The notes: generated by a model from the letters alone, not told the origin. Positions 20,096-39,740 are shown, numbered from the stretch's first letter. The stretch is DNA of 64,000 bases from the human T2T-CHM13v2.0 reference genome, Homo sapiens (GCF_009914755.1 NC_060948.1); one strand, 5' to 3'. Translations and numbers: made by a program.

Positions 20096-20387
20096 TTTTT
20101 TTTTAGACAGAGTCTTGTCGTGTTGCACAGGGTGAAGTACAATGGCGCCATCTTTGCTCACTGCAACATCTGCCTCACGGGTCCAAGCGATTGTCCTCCC
20201 TCAACCTCTCAGGTAGCTGGGAGTACACCACACTGGGACTACACCAGCTGCCACCATGCCTAGCTAATTTTTTGGATTTTTAGTAGTGACAGCGTTTCAC
20301 TGTATTGGCCAGGATGGTCTTGATCTCTTCACCTTGTGATCCCCTTGCCTTGGCCTCCAAATTTGCTGGGATTACAGGCCTGAGCCA
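20096..20387 (-). mobile_element. Alu copy, unit 9 (variant subfamily)
   Basis: Alu landmarks with gagtcttgtcgtg / gaagtac / caacctctc variants. Confidence 0.92.
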
Positions 20388-22515
20388 AGATCCATATTTT
20401 TTAAATGAAAAAAAATTTCAAAGGTACTCTGCTTGGTACAATAATCAAATGTATAAACTGAGGAATAAAACATAACCATGAAACCTACTTATAACTGCAT
20501 ATGGAAAATACAGAGGATAATTTTTTAAATAACATATTTTGAAAGCCTTAACTAGTAATTTGAAGAGTTGGCATTTGAAAGGCCAGTATGAATATACCTT
20601 CAAAGCAGCAACACAGGTTCCCCATGAGAAACAGCAAACTCAGGGAAAATAAAACCACAAAGGTTCAAGCTCTTCTGACCTTTGAAAGACACAGCACAGA
20701 CAGTGGTCCTTAGGACGAAGAGCAGGAGACCCCTAATTCCGTCACCATGGCGATAGGGCATAAACATTGCTGGGTGAGGGCACAATCCACATTGTGAGGT
20801 CCAACTGCTGCCAGGAAGACAGGAGTGCTTTTACATAGACCGAAAGGTCATTGAAGGCTCAGAGTTTTGTTTCAAGAACTGAATCCCAAGCCCACACGTT
20901 ATTAGGCTGCGCTTCTTAAAACAAGTTATGAGATGGGAAAAAGGGCACCCACAAACATACGTATACATTATGTATATAATAATATACAGTATCATATATA
21001 TAATATATATAACCTATGTATAATATTGTTTTACATCCTGCATTTTATATTATATATATTGTCTAAAATATAATAATTGATAATACATAAGTTTTATATT
21101 TATACAATATGACATATAGTATATATTATAATTTATGACATATATAATATATGTTATATATCATATATAGAATATATTATACGGTTAATATACGTATTAA
21201 ATATAAATTATACATTATATATATTATATATAATATATCTGTTATATATAATACCCATTATGCATAATATATATATTATGTCTATGTTATATATAGTATA
21301 AAACAACATATAATAATATATAATTGTATATATAAAATGCGACATATAATATATATTATATTTTATAACATATGTAATATATATTATATATTATATATAA
21401 TACGTTGTATGTATAATACCTATATTAAATATATATTATATGACTATGTTATTAATTACATGTCACATGTGTTATATATTATATATTTTACATAGAATAT
21501 ACCGGTTACATACAATATATACTATGTTACCTATTATGTATAATTTATTACATGTAAAATAAAGAATGCAATATATTATGTATAATTTATAATATACAAT
21601 ATGTGGAATGAGATATATATAACATATTATATATGATATATGATATACAGTATATGATATATAACATACAATATATGATTCCTAATATATATGGTATACA
21701 ATATATATTTTATGATATGTATTCTATATGTTTTATATTCTGTTATATATAACTATTTGAAATTATATATAACTGTATAATATTTTATGTAAATATGTAA
21801 TATAATATATATAACTATATAATATATTATATATAACTATATATTATGTTATATACACTTTTATAACATAATTTACATAAAATATCATAATATAATATAT
21901 ATTATATTATTTCATATTACATAATATATATTACATATCACCCAATATAACTAACATACATAATATTATAATATAGATTATATTATGTTATATGAAATAT
22001 CATATATATCATGTATCATATATTCTATAATATATATTACACATTATAAAGTATGTATGTTGTCTATTATGTGATATATATAACTCTATATATAATTATA
22101 TTATTATACATATAACTAGATAAACATGTAATTCTACATATTTTCATTTATAATATGTAGAATTATATAATCATATATAATTATTTATATTCTATAAAAA
22201 ATTTTATCATTATATAAATTATAATATATAAAAATTATAATATGTACTACAAATATATATATTATATATCATATATGATATAGTACCTTTGTTATATATC
22301 ATAATACATATAAATGTGTATTATGTTATCTATAATTATATAATTTCATATATAAGATGTATAATATGTATCATATATTATATATGTTATGTAATATATA
22401 TAGTATATATAAGATGACACAGGATAAATATTATATACTATGACATATAAAATATATGAGGTTATATGTTACATATAAGGCATAGCACATAACATGTAAT
22501 ATATACCATATATAA

Positions 22516-22807
22516 TTTTTTTTTAGACAGAATCTTGTCCTGTTGCACAGGGTGGGGTACAATGGCGCCATCTTTGCTCACTGCAACTTCTGCCTCACGG
22601 GTCCAAGCGATTGTCCTCCCTCAGCCTCCCAGGTAGCTGGGACTACACCACACTGGGACTACACCAGCTGCCACCATGCCTAGCTAATTTTTTGGATTTT
22701 TAGTAGTGACAGCGTTTCACTGTATTGGCCAGGATGGTCTTGATCTCTTCACCTTGTGATCCCCTTGCCTTGGCCTCCAAATTTGCTGGGATTACAGGCC
22801 TGAGCCA
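22516..22807 (-). mobile_element. Alu copy, unit 10
   Basis: Same Alu landmarks as 774-1065. Confidence 0.92.
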
Positions 22808-24935
22808 AGATCCATATTTTTTAAATGAAAAAAAATTTCAAAGGTACTCTGCTTGGTACAATAATCAAATGTATAAACTGAGGAATAAAACATAACCATG
22901 AAACCTACTTATAACTGCATATGGAAAATACAGAGGATAATTTTTTAAATAACATATTTTGAAAGCCTTAACTAGTAATTTGAAGAGTTGGCATTTGAAA
23001 GGCCAGTATGAATATACCTTCAAAGCAGCAACACAGGTTCCCCATGAGAAAAAGCAAACACAGGGAAAATAAAAACACAAAGGTTCAATCTCTTCTGACC
23101 TTTGAAAGACACAGCACAGACAGTGGTCCTTAGGACGAAGAGCAGGAGACCCCTAATTCCGTCACCATGGCGATAGGGCATAAACATTGCTGGGTGAGGG
23201 CACAATCCACATTGTGAGGTCCAACTGCTGCCAGGAAGACAGGAGTGCTTTTACATAGACCGAAAGGTCATTGAAGGCTCAGAGTTTTGTTTCAAGAACT
23301 GAATCCCAAGCCCACACGTTATTAGGCTGCGCTTCTTAAAACAAGTTATGAGATGGGAAAAAGGGCACCCACAAACATACGTATACATTATGTATATAAT
23401 AATATACAGTATCATATATATAATATATATAACCTATGTATAATATTGTTTTACATCCTGCATCTTATGTTATATATATTGTATAAAATATAATAATTGA
23501 TAATATATAAGATTTATATTTATACAATATGACATATAGTATATATTATAATTTATGACATATATAATATATGTTATATATCATATATAGAATATATTAT
23601 ACGGTTAATATACGTATTAAATATAAATTATACATTATATATATTATATATAATATATCTGTTATATATAATACCCATTATGCATAATATATATATTATG
23701 TCTATGTTATATATAGTATAAAACAACATATAATAATATATAATTGTATATATAAAATGCGACATATAATATATATTATATTTTATGACATATGTAATAT
23801 ATATTATATATTATATATAATACGTTGTATGTATAATACCTATATTAAATATATATTATATGACTATGTTATTAATTACATGTCACATGTGTTATATATT
23901 ATTTATTTTACATAGAATATACTGGTTACATACAATATATACTATGTTACCTATAATGTATAATTTATTACATGTAAAATAAAGAATGCAATATATTATG
24001 TATAATTTATAATATACCATATGTGCAATGTGATATATATAACATATAATATATGATATATGATATACAGTATATGATATATAACATACAATATATGATT
24101 CCTAATACATATGGTATACAATATATATTTTATGATATGTATTCTATATGTTTTATATTCTGTTATATATAACTATTTGAAATTATATATAAGTGTATAA
24201 TATTTTATGTAAATATGTAATATAATATATATAACTATATAATATATTATATATACCTATATATTATGTTATATATACTTTTATAACATAATTTACATAA
24301 AATATCATAATATAATATATATTATATTATTTCATATTACATAATATATATTACATATCACCCAATATAACTAACATACATGATATTATTATATAGATTA
24401 TATTGTGTTATATTAAATATCATATATATCATGTATCATATATTCTATAATATATATTACACATTATATAATATGTATGTTGTCTATTATGTGATATATA
24501 TAACTATATATATAATTATATTTTTATACATATAACTAGATAAACATGTAATTCTACATATTTTCATTTATAATATGTAGAATTATATAATCATATATAA
24601 TTATTTATATTCTATAAAAAATTTTATCATTCTATAAATTATAATATATAAAAATTATAATATGTACTACAAATATATATATTATATATCATATATGATA
24701 TAGTACCTTTGTTATATATCATAATACATATAAATGTGTATTATGTTATCTATAATTATATAATTTCATATATAAGATGTATAATATGTATCATATATTA
24801 TATATGTTATGTAATATATATAGTATATATAACATGACACAGGATAAATATTATATACTATGACATATAAAATATATGAGGTTATATGTTACATATAAGG
24901 CATAGCACATAACATGTAATATATATCATATATAA

Positions 24936-25227
<292 letters not shown>

Positions 25228-27332
25228 AGATCCATATTTTTTAAATGAAAAAAAATTTCAAAGGTACTCTGCTTGGTACAATAATCAAATGTATAAACTG
25301 AGGAATAAAACATAACCATGAAACCTACTTATAACTGCATATGGAAAATACAGAGGATAATTTTTTAAATAACATATTTTGAAAGCCTTAACTAGTAATT
25401 TGAAGAGTTGGCATTTGAAAGGCCAGTATGAATATACCTTCAAAGCAGCAACACAGGTTCCCCGTGAGAAAAAGCAAACTCAGGGAAAATAAAAACACAA
25501 AGGTTCAATCTCTTCTGACCTTTGAAAGACACAGCACAGACAGTGGTCCTTAGGACGAAGAGCAGGAGACCCCTAATTCCGTCACCATGGCGATAGGGCA
25601 TAAACATTGCTGGGTGAGGGCACAATCCACATTGTGAGGTCCAACTGCTGCCAGGAAGACAGGAGTGCTTTTACATAGACCGAAAGGTCATTGAAGGCTC
25701 AGAGTTTTGTTTCAAGAACTGAATCCCAAGCCCACACGTTATTAGGCTGCGCTTCTTAAAACAAGTTATGAGATGGGAAAAAGGGCACCCACAAACATAT
25801 GTATACATTATGTATATAATAATATACAGTGTCATATATATAATATATATAACCTATGTATAATATTGTTTTACATCCTGCATCTTATGTTATATATATT
25901 GTATAAAATATAATAATTGATAATATATAAGTTTTATAATTATACAATATGACATATAGTATATATTATAATTTATGACATATATAATATATGTTATATA
26001 TCATATATAGAATATATTCTATGGTTAATGTACGTATTAAATATAAATTATACATTATATATATTATATATAATATATCTGTTATATATAATACCCATTA
26101 TGCATAATATATATATTATGTCTATGTTATATATAGTATAAAACAACATATAATAATATATAATTGTATATATAAAATGCAACATATAATATATATTATA
26201 TTTTATAACATATGTAATATATATTATATATTATATATAATACGTTGTATGTATAATACCTATATTAAATATATATTATATGACTATGTTATTAATTACA
26301 TGTCACATGTGTTATATATTATATATTTTACGTAGAATATACCGGTTACATACAATATATACTATGTTACCTATAATGTATAATTTATTACATGTAAAAT
26401 AAAGAATGCAATATATTATGTATAATTTATAATATACCATATGTGGAATGTGATATATATAACATATAATATATGATATATGATATACAGTATTTGATAT
26501 ATAACATACAATATATGATTCCTAATATATATGGTATACAATATATATTTTATGATATGTATTCTATATGTTTTATATTCTGTTATATATAACTATTTGA
26601 AATTATATATAACTGTATAATATTTTATGTAAATATGTAATATAATATATATAACTATATAATATACTATATATAACTATATATTATGTTATATATACTT
26701 TTATAACATAATTTACATAAAATATCATAATATAATATATATTATATTATTTCATATTACATAATATATATTACATATCACCCAATATAACTAACATACA
26801 TAATATTATAATATAGATTATATTGTGTTATATTAAATATCATATATATCATGTATCATATATTCTATAATATATATTACACATTATATAATATGTATGT
26901 TGTCTATTATGTGATATATATAACTCTATATATAATTATATTTTTATACATATAACTAGATAAACATGTAATTCTACATATTTTCATTTATAATATGTAG
27001 AATTATATAATCATATATAATTATTTATATTCTATAAAAAATTTTATCATTCTGTAAATTATAATATATAAAAATTATAATATGTACTACAAATATATAT
27101 ATTATATATCATATATGATATAGTACCTTTGTTATATATCATAATACATATAAATGTGTATTATGTTATCTATAATTATATAATTTCATATATAAGATGT
27201 ATAATATGTATCATATATTATATATGTTATGTAATATATATAGTATATATAAGATGACACAGGATAAATATTATATACTATGACATATAAAATATATGAG
27301 GTTATATGTTACATATAAGGCATAGCACATAA

Positions 27333-27647
<315 letters not shown>

Positions 27648-29752
27648 AGATCCATATTTTTTAAATGAAAAAAAATTTCAAAGGTACTCTGCTTGGTACA
27701 ATAATCAAATGTATAAACTGAGGAATAAAACATAACCATGAAACATACATATAACTGCATATGGAAAATACAGAGGATAATTTTTTAAATAACATATTTT
27801 GAAAGCCTTAACTAGTAATTTGAAAAGTTGGCATTTGAAAGGCCAGTATGAATATACCTTCAAAGCAGCAACACAGGTTCCCCATGAGAAAAAGCAAACA
27901 CAGGGAAAATAAAAACACAAAGGTTCAATCTCTTCTGACCTTTGAAAGACACAGCACAGACAGTGGTCCTTAGGACGAAGAGCAGGAGACCCCTAATTCC
28001 GTCACCATGGCGATAGGGCATAAACATTGCTGGGTGAGGGCACAATCCACATTGTGAGGTCCAAGTGCTGCCAGGAAGACAGGAGTGCTTTTACGTAGAC
28101 CGAAAGGTCATTGAAGGCTCAGAGTTTTGTTTCAAGAACTGAATCCCAAGCCCACACGTTATTAGGCTGCGCTTCTTAAAACAAGTTATGAGATGGGAAA
28201 AAGGGCACCCACAAACACACGTATACATTATGTATATAATAATATACAGTATCATATATATAATATATATAACCTATGTATAATATTGTTTTACATCCTG
28301 CATCTTATGTTATATATATTGTATAAAATATAATAATTGATAATATATAAGTTTTATAATTATACAATATGACATATAGTATATATTATAATTTATGACA
28401 TATATAATATATGTTATATATCATATATAGAATATATTATACGGTTAATGTACGTATTAAATATAAATTATACATTATATATATTATATATAATATATCT
28501 GTTATATATAATACCCATTATGCATAATATATATATTATGTCTATGTTATATATAGTATAAAACAACATATAATAATATATAATTGTATATATAAAATGC
28601 GACATATAATATATATTATATTTTATAACATATGTAATATATATTATATATTATATATAATACGTTGTATGTATAATACCTATATTAAATATATATTATA
28701 TGACTATGTTATTAATTACATGTCACATGTGTTATATATTATACATTTTACATAGAATATACCGGTTACATACAATATATACTGTGTTACCTATAATGTA
28801 TAATTTATTACATGTAAAATAAAGAATGCAATATATTATGTATAATTTATAATATACCATATGTGGAATGTGATATATATAACATATAATATATGATATA
28901 TGATATACAGTATTTGATATATAACATACAATATATGATTCCTAATATATATGGTATACAATATATATTTTATGATATGTGTTCTATATGTTTTATATTC
29001 TGTTATATATAACTATTTGAAATTATATATAACTGTATAATATTTTATGTAAATATGTAATATAATATATATAACTATATAATATACTATATATAACTAT
29101 ATATTATGTTATATATACTTTTATAACATAATTTACATAAAATATCATAATATAATATATATTATATTATTTCATATTACATAATATATATTACATATCA
29201 CCCAATATAACTAACATACATAATATTATAATATAGATTATATTGTGTTATATTAAATATCATATATATCATGTATCATATATTCTATAATATATATTAC
29301 ACATTATATAATATGTATGTTGTCTATTATGTGATATATATAACTCTATATATAATTATATTTTTATACATATAACTAGATAAACATGTAATTCTACATA
29401 TTTTCATTTATAATATGTAGAATTATATAATCATATATAATTATTTATATTCTATAAAAAATTTTATCATTCTATAAATTATAATATATAAAAATTATAA
29501 TATGTACTACAAATATATATATTATATATCATATATGATATAGTACCTTTGTTATATATCATAATACATATAAATGTGTATTATGTTATCTATAATTATA
29601 TAATTTCATATATAAGATGTATAATATGTATCATATATTATATATGTTATGTAATATATATAGTATATATAAGATGACACAGGATAAATATTATATACTA
29701 TGACATATAAAATATATGAGGTTATATGTTACATATAAGACATAGCACATAA

Positions 29753-30067
<315 letters not shown>

Positions 30068-32170
30068 AGATCCATATTTTTTAAATGAAAAAAAATTTCA
30101 AAGGTACTCTGCTTGGTACAATAATCAAATGTATAAACTGAGGAATAAAACATAACCATGAAACCTACTTATAACTGCATATGGAAAATACAGAGGATAA
30201 TTTTTTAAATAACATATTTTGAAAGCCTTAACTAGTAATTTGAAGAGTTGGCATTTGAAAGGCCAGTATGAATATACCTTCAAAGCAGCAACACAGGTTC
30301 CCCATGAGAAAAAGCAAACACAGGGAAAATAAAAACACAAAGGTTCAATCTCTTCTGACCTTTGAAAGACACAGCACAGACAGTGGTCCTTAGGACGAAG
30401 ATTAGGAGACACCTAATTCCGTCACCATGGCGATAGGGCATAAACATTGCTGGGTGAGGGCACAATCCACATTGTGAGGTCCAACTGCTGCCAGGAAGAC
30501 AGGAGTGCTTTTACATAGACCGAAAGGTCATTGAAGGCTCAGAGTTTTGTTTCAAGAACTGAATCCCAAGCCCACACGTTATTAGGCTGCGCTTCTTAAA
30601 ACAAGTTATGAGATGGGAAAAAGGGCACCCACAAACATACGTATACATTATGTATATAATAATATACAGTATCATATATATAATATATATAACCTATGTA
30701 TAATATTGTTTTACATCCTGCATCTTATGTTATATATATTGTATAAAATATAATAATTGATAATATATGTTTTATAATTATACAATATGACATATAGTAT
30801 ATATTATAATTTATGACATATATAATATATGTTATATGTCATATATAGAATATATTATACGGTTAATGTACGTATTAAATATAAATTATACATTATATAT
30901 ATTATATATAATATATCTGTTATATATAATACCCATTATGCATAATATATATATTATGTCTATGTTATATATAGTATAAAACAACATATAATAATATATA
31001 ATTGTATATATAAAATGCGACATATAATATATATTATATTTTATAACATATGTAATATATATTATATATTATATATAATACGTTGTATGTATAATACCTA
31101 TATTAAATATATATTATATGACTATGTTATTAATTACATGTCACATGTGTTATATATTATATATTTTCCATAGAATATACCGGTTACATACAATATATAC
31201 TATGTTACCTGTAATGTATAATTTATTACATGTAAAATAAAGAATGCAATATATTATGTATAATTTATAATATACCATATGTGGAATGTGATATATATAA
31301 CATATAATATATGATATATGATATACAGTATTTGATATATAACATACAATATATGATTCCTAATATATATGGTATACAATATATATTTTATGATATGTAT
31401 TCTATATGTTTTATATTCTGTTATATATAACTATTTGAAATTATATATAACTGTATAATATTTTATGTAAATATGTAATATAATATATATAACTATATAA
31501 TATACTATATATAACTATATATTATGTTATATATACTTTTATAACATAACTTACATAAAATATCATAATATAATATATATTATATTATTTCATATTACAT
31601 AATATATATTACATATCACCCAATATAACTAACATACATAATATTATAATATAGATTATATTGTGTTATATTAAATATCATATATATCATGTATCATATA
31701 TTCTATAATATATATTACACATTATATAATATGTATGTTGTCTATTATGTGATATATATAACTCTATACATAATTATATTATTATACATATAACTAGATA
31801 AACATGTAATTCTACATATTTTCATTTATAATATGTAGAATTATATAATCATATATAATTATTTATATTCTATAAAAAATTTTATCATTATATAAATTAT
31901 AATATATAAAAATTATAATATGTACTACAAATATATATATTATATATCATATATGATATAGTACCTTTGTTATATATCATAATACATATAAATGTGTATT
32001 ATGTTATCTATAATTATATAATTTCATATATAAGATGTATAATATGTATCATATATTATATATGTTATGTAATATATATAGTATATATAAGATGACACAG
32101 GATAAATATTATATACTATGACATATAAAATATATGAGGTTATATGTTACATATAAGGCATAGCACATAA

Positions 32171-32485
<315 letters not shown>

Positions 32486-34588
32486 AGATCCATATTTTTT
32501 AAATGAAAAAAGATTTCAAAGGTACTCTGCTTGGTACAATAATCAAATGTATAAACTGAGGAATAAAACATAACCATGAAACCAACTTATAACTGCATAT
32601 GGAAAATACAGAGGATAATTTTTTAAATAACATATTTTGAAAGCCTTAACTAGTAATTTGAAGAGTTGGCATTTGAAAGGCCAGTATGAATATACCTTCA
32701 AAGCAGCAACACAGGTTCCCCATGAGAAAAAGCAAACACAGGGAAAATAAAAACACAAAGGTTCAATCTCTTCTGACCTTTGAAAGACACAGCACAGACA
32801 GTGGTCCTTAGGACGAAGAGCAGGAGACCCCTAATTCCGTCACCATGGCGATAGGGCATAAACATTGCTGGGTGAGGGCACAATCCACATTGTGAGGTCC
32901 AACTGCTGCCAGGAAGACAGGAGTGCTTTTACATAGACCGAAAGGTCATTGAAGGCTCAGAGTTTTGTTTCAAGAACTGAATCCCAAGCCCACACGTTAT
33001 TAGGCTGCGCTTCTTAAAACAAGTTATGAGATGGGAAAAAGGGCACCCACAAACATACGTATACATTATGTATATAATAATATACAATATCATATATATA
33101 ATATATATAACCTATGTATAATATTGTTTTACATCCTGCATCTTATGTTATATATATTGTATAAAATATAATAATTGATAATATATAAGTTTTATAAATA
33201 TACAATATGACATATAGTATATATTATAATTTATGACATATATAATATATGTCATATATCATATATAGAATATATTATACGGTTAATGTACGTATTAAAT
33301 ATAAATTATACGTTATATATATTATATATAATATATCTGTTATATATAATACCCATTAGGCATAATATATATATTATGTCTATGTTATATATAGTATAAA
33401 ACAACATATAATAATATATAATTGTATATATAAATGCGACATATAATATATATTATATTTTATAACATATGTAATATATATTATATATTATATATAATAC
33501 GATGTATGTATAATACCTATATTAAATATATATTATATGACTATGTTATTAATTACATGTCACATGTGTTATATATTATATATTTTACATAGAATATACC
33601 GGTTACATACAATATATACTATGTTACCTATAATGTATAATTTATTACATGTAAAATAAAGAATGCAATATATTATGTATAATTGATAATATACGATATG
33701 TGGAATGTGATATATATAACATATAATATATGATATATGATATACAGTATATGATATATAACATACAATATATGATTCCTAATATATATGGTATACAATA
33801 TATATTTTATGATATGTATTCTATATGTTTTATATTCTGTTATATATAACTATTTGAAATTATATATAACTGTATAATATTTTATGTAAATATGTAATAT
33901 AATATATATAACTATATAATATATATATATAACTATATATTATGTTATATATACTTTTATAACATAATTTACATAAAATATCATAATATAATATATATTA
34001 TATTATTTCATATTACATAATATATATTACATATCACCCAATATAACTAACATACATAATATTATAATATAGATTATATTGTGTTATATTAAATATCATA
34101 TATATCATGTATCATATATTCTATAATATATATTACACATTATATAATATGTATGTTGTCTATTATGTGATATATATAACTCTATATATAATTATATTTT
34201 TATACATATAACTAGATAAACATGTAATTCTACATATTTTCATTTATAATATGTAGAATTATATAATCATATATAATTATTTATATTCTATAAAAAATTT
34301 TATCATTATATAAATTATAATATATAAAAATTATAATATGTTCTACAAATATATATATTATATATCATATATGATATAGTACCTTTGTTATATATCATAA
34401 TACATATAAATGTGTATTATGTTATCTATAATTATATAATTTCATATATAAGATGTATAATATGTATCATATATTATATATGTTATGTAATATATATAGT
34501 ATATATAAGATGACACAGGATAAATATTATATACTATGACATATAAAATATATGAGGTTATATGTTACATATAAGGCATAGCACATAA

Positions 34589-34903
<315 letters not shown>

Positions 34904-37006
34904 AGATCCATATTTTTTAAATGAAAAAAAATTTCAAAGGTACTCTGCTTGGTACAATAATCAAATGTATAAACTGAGGAATAAAACATAACCATGAAAC
35001 CTACTTATAACTGCATATGGAAAATACAGAGGATAATTTTTTAAATAACATATTTTGAAAGCCTTAACTAGTAATTTGAAGAGTTGGCATTTGAAAGGCC
35101 AGTATGAATATACCTTCAAAGCAGCAACACAGGTTCCCCATGAGAAAAAGCAAACACAGGGAAAATAAAAACACAAAGGTTCAATCTCTTCTGACCTTTG
35201 AAAGACACAGCACAGACAGTGGTCCTTAGGACGAAGAGCAGGAGACCCCTAATTCCGTCACCATGGCGATAGGGCATAAACATTGCTGGGTGAGGGCACA
35301 ATCCACATTGTGAGGTCCAACTGCTGCCAGGAAGACAGGAGTGCTTTTACATATACCGAAAGGTCATTGAAGGCTCAGAGTTTTGTTTCAAGAACTGAAT
35401 CCCAAGCCCACACGTTATTAGGCTGCGCTTCTTAAAACAAGTTATGAGATGGGAAAAAGGGCACCCACAAACATACGTATACATTATGTATATAATAATA
35501 TACAGTATCATATATATAATATATATAACCTATGTATAATATTGTTTTACATCCTGCATCTTATGTTATATATATTGTATAAAATATAATAATTGATAAT
35601 ATATGTTTTATAATTATACAATATGACATATAGTATATATTATAATTTATGACATATATAATATATGTTATATGTCATATATAGAATATATTATACGGTT
35701 AATGTACGTATTAAATATAAATTATACATTATATATATTATATATAATATATCTGTTATATATAATACCCATTATGCATAATATATATATTATGTCTATG
35801 TTATATATAGTATAAAACAACATATAATAATATATAATTGTATATATAAAATGCGACATATAATATATATTATATTTTATAACATATGTAATATATATTA
35901 TATATTATATATAATACGTTGTATGTATAATACCTATATTAAATATATATTATATGACTATGTTATTAATTACATGTCACATGTGTTATATATTATATAT
36001 TTTCCATAGAATATACCGGTTACATACAATATATACTATGTTACCTGTAATGTATAATTTATTACATGTAAAATAAAGAATGCAATATATTATGTATAAT
36101 TTATAATATACCATATGTGGAATGTGATATATATAACATATAATATATGATATATGATATACAGTATTTGATATATAACATACAATATATGATTCCTAAT
36201 ATATATGGTATACAATATATATTTTATGATATGTATTCTATATGTTTTATATTCTGTTATATATAACTATTTGAAATTATATATAACTGTATAATATTTT
36301 ATGTAAATATGTAATATAATATATATAACTATATAATATACTATATATAACTATATATTATGTTATATATACTTTTATAACATAACTTACATAAAATATC
36401 ATAATATAATATATATTATATTATTTCATATTACATAATATATATTACATATCACCCAATATAACTAACATACATAATATTATAATATAGATTATATTGT
36501 GTTATATTAAATATCATATATATCATGTATCATATATTCTATAATATATATTACACATTATATAATATGTATGTTGTCTATTATGTGATATATATAACTC
36601 TATATATAATTATATTATTATACATATAACTAGATAAACATGTAATTCTACATATTTTCATTTATAATATGTAGAATTATATAATCATATATAATTATTT
36701 ATATTCTATAAAAAATTTTATCATTATATAAATTATAATATATAAAAATTATAATATGTACTACAAATATATATATTATATATCATATATGATATAGTAC
36801 CTTTGTTATATATCATAATACATATAAATGTGTATTATGTTATCTATAATTATATAATTTCATATATAAGATGTATAATATGTATCATATATTATATATG
36901 TTATGTAATATATATAGTATATATAAGATGACACAGGATAAATATTATATACTATGACATATAAAATATATGAGGTTATATGTTACATATAAGGCATAGC
37001 ACATAA

Positions 37007-37321
<315 letters not shown>

Positions 37322-39425
37322 AGATCCATATTTTTTAAATGAAAAAAAATTTCAAAGGTACTCTGCTTGGTACAATAATCAAATGTATAAACTGAGGAAT
37401 AAAACATAACCATGAAACCAACTTATAACTGCATATGGAAAATACAGAGGATAATTTTTTAAATAACATATTTTGAAAGCCTTAACTAGTAATTTGAAGA
37501 GTTGGCATTTGAAAGGCCAGTATGAATATACCTTCAAAGCAGCAACACAGGTTCCCCATGAGAAAAAGCAAACACAGGGAAAATAAAAACACAAAGGTTC
37601 AATCTCTTCTGACCTTTGAAAGACACAGCACAGACAGTGGTCCTTAGGACGAAGAGCAGGAGACCCCTAATTCCGTCACCATGGCGATAGGGCATAAACA
37701 TTGCTGGGTGAGGGCACAATCCACATTGTGAGGTCCAACTGCTGCCAGGAAGACAGGAGTGCTTTTACATAGACCGAAAGGTCATTGAAGGCTCAGAGTT
37801 TTGTTTCAAGAACTGAATCCCAAGCCCACACATTATTAGGCTGCGCTTCTTAAAACAAGTTATGAGATGGGAAAAAGGGCACCCACAAACATACGTATAC
37901 ATTATGTATATAATAATATACAGTATCATATATATAATATATATAACCTATGTATAATATTGTTTTACATCCTGCATCTTATGTTATATATATTGTATAA
38001 AATATAATAATTGATAATATATAAGTTTTATAAATATACAATATGACATATAGTATATATTATAATTTATGACATATATAATATATGTCATATATCATAT
38101 ATAGAATATATTATACGGTTAATGTACGTATTAAATATAAATTATACGTTATATATATTATATATAATATATCTGTTATATATAATACCCATTAGGCATA
38201 ATATATATATTATGTCTATGTTATATATAGTATAAAACAACATATAATAATATATAATTGTATATATAAATGCGACATATAATATATATTATATTTTATA
38301 ACATATGTAATATATATTATATATTATATATAATACGATGTATGTATAATACCTATATTAAATATATATTATAGGACTATGTTATTAATTACATGTCACA
38401 TGTGTTATATATTATATATTTTACATAGAATATACCGGTTACATACAATATATACTATGTTACCTATAATGTATAATTTATTACATGTAAAATAAAGAAT
38501 GCAATATATTATGTATAATTTATAATATACGATATGTGGAATGTGATATATATAACATATAATATATGATATATGATATACAGTATATGATATATAACAT
38601 ACAATATATGATTCCTAATATATATGGTATACAATATATATTTTATGATATGTATTCTATATGTTTTATATTCTGTTATATATAACTATTTGAAATTATA
38701 TATAACTGTATAATATTTTATGTAAATATGTAATATAATATATATAACTATATAATATAGTATATATAACTATATATTATGTTATATATACTTTTATAAC
38801 ATAATTTACATAAAATATCATAATATAATATATATTATATTATTTCATATTACATAATATATATTACATATCACCCAATATAACTAACATACATAATATT
38901 ATAATATAGATTATATTGTGTTATATTAAATATCATATATATCATGTATCATATATTCTATAATATATATTACACATTATATAATATGTATGTTGTCTAT
39001 TATGTGATATATATAACTCTATATATAATTATATTTTTATACATATAACTAGATAAACATGTAATTCTACATATTTTCATTTATAATATGTAGAATTATA
39101 TAATCATATATAATTATTTATATTCTATAAAAAATTTTATCATTATATAAATTATAATATATAAAAATTATAATATGTTCTACAAATATATATATTATAT
39201 ATCATATATGATATAGTACCTTTGTTATATATCATAATACATATAAATGTGTATTATGTTATCTATAATTATATAATTTCATATATAAGATGTATAATAT
39301 GTATCATATATTATATATGTTATGTAATATATATAGTATATATAAGATGACACAGGATAAATATTATATACTATGACATATAAAATATATGAGGTTATAT
39401 GTTACATATAAGGCATAGCACATAA

Positions 39426-39740
<315 letters not shown>

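Noticed and set aside
30125-30412. 95 aa extended ORF
   Set aside because: By-product of the C>A change creating a GTG start on the minus strand; no coding evidence.
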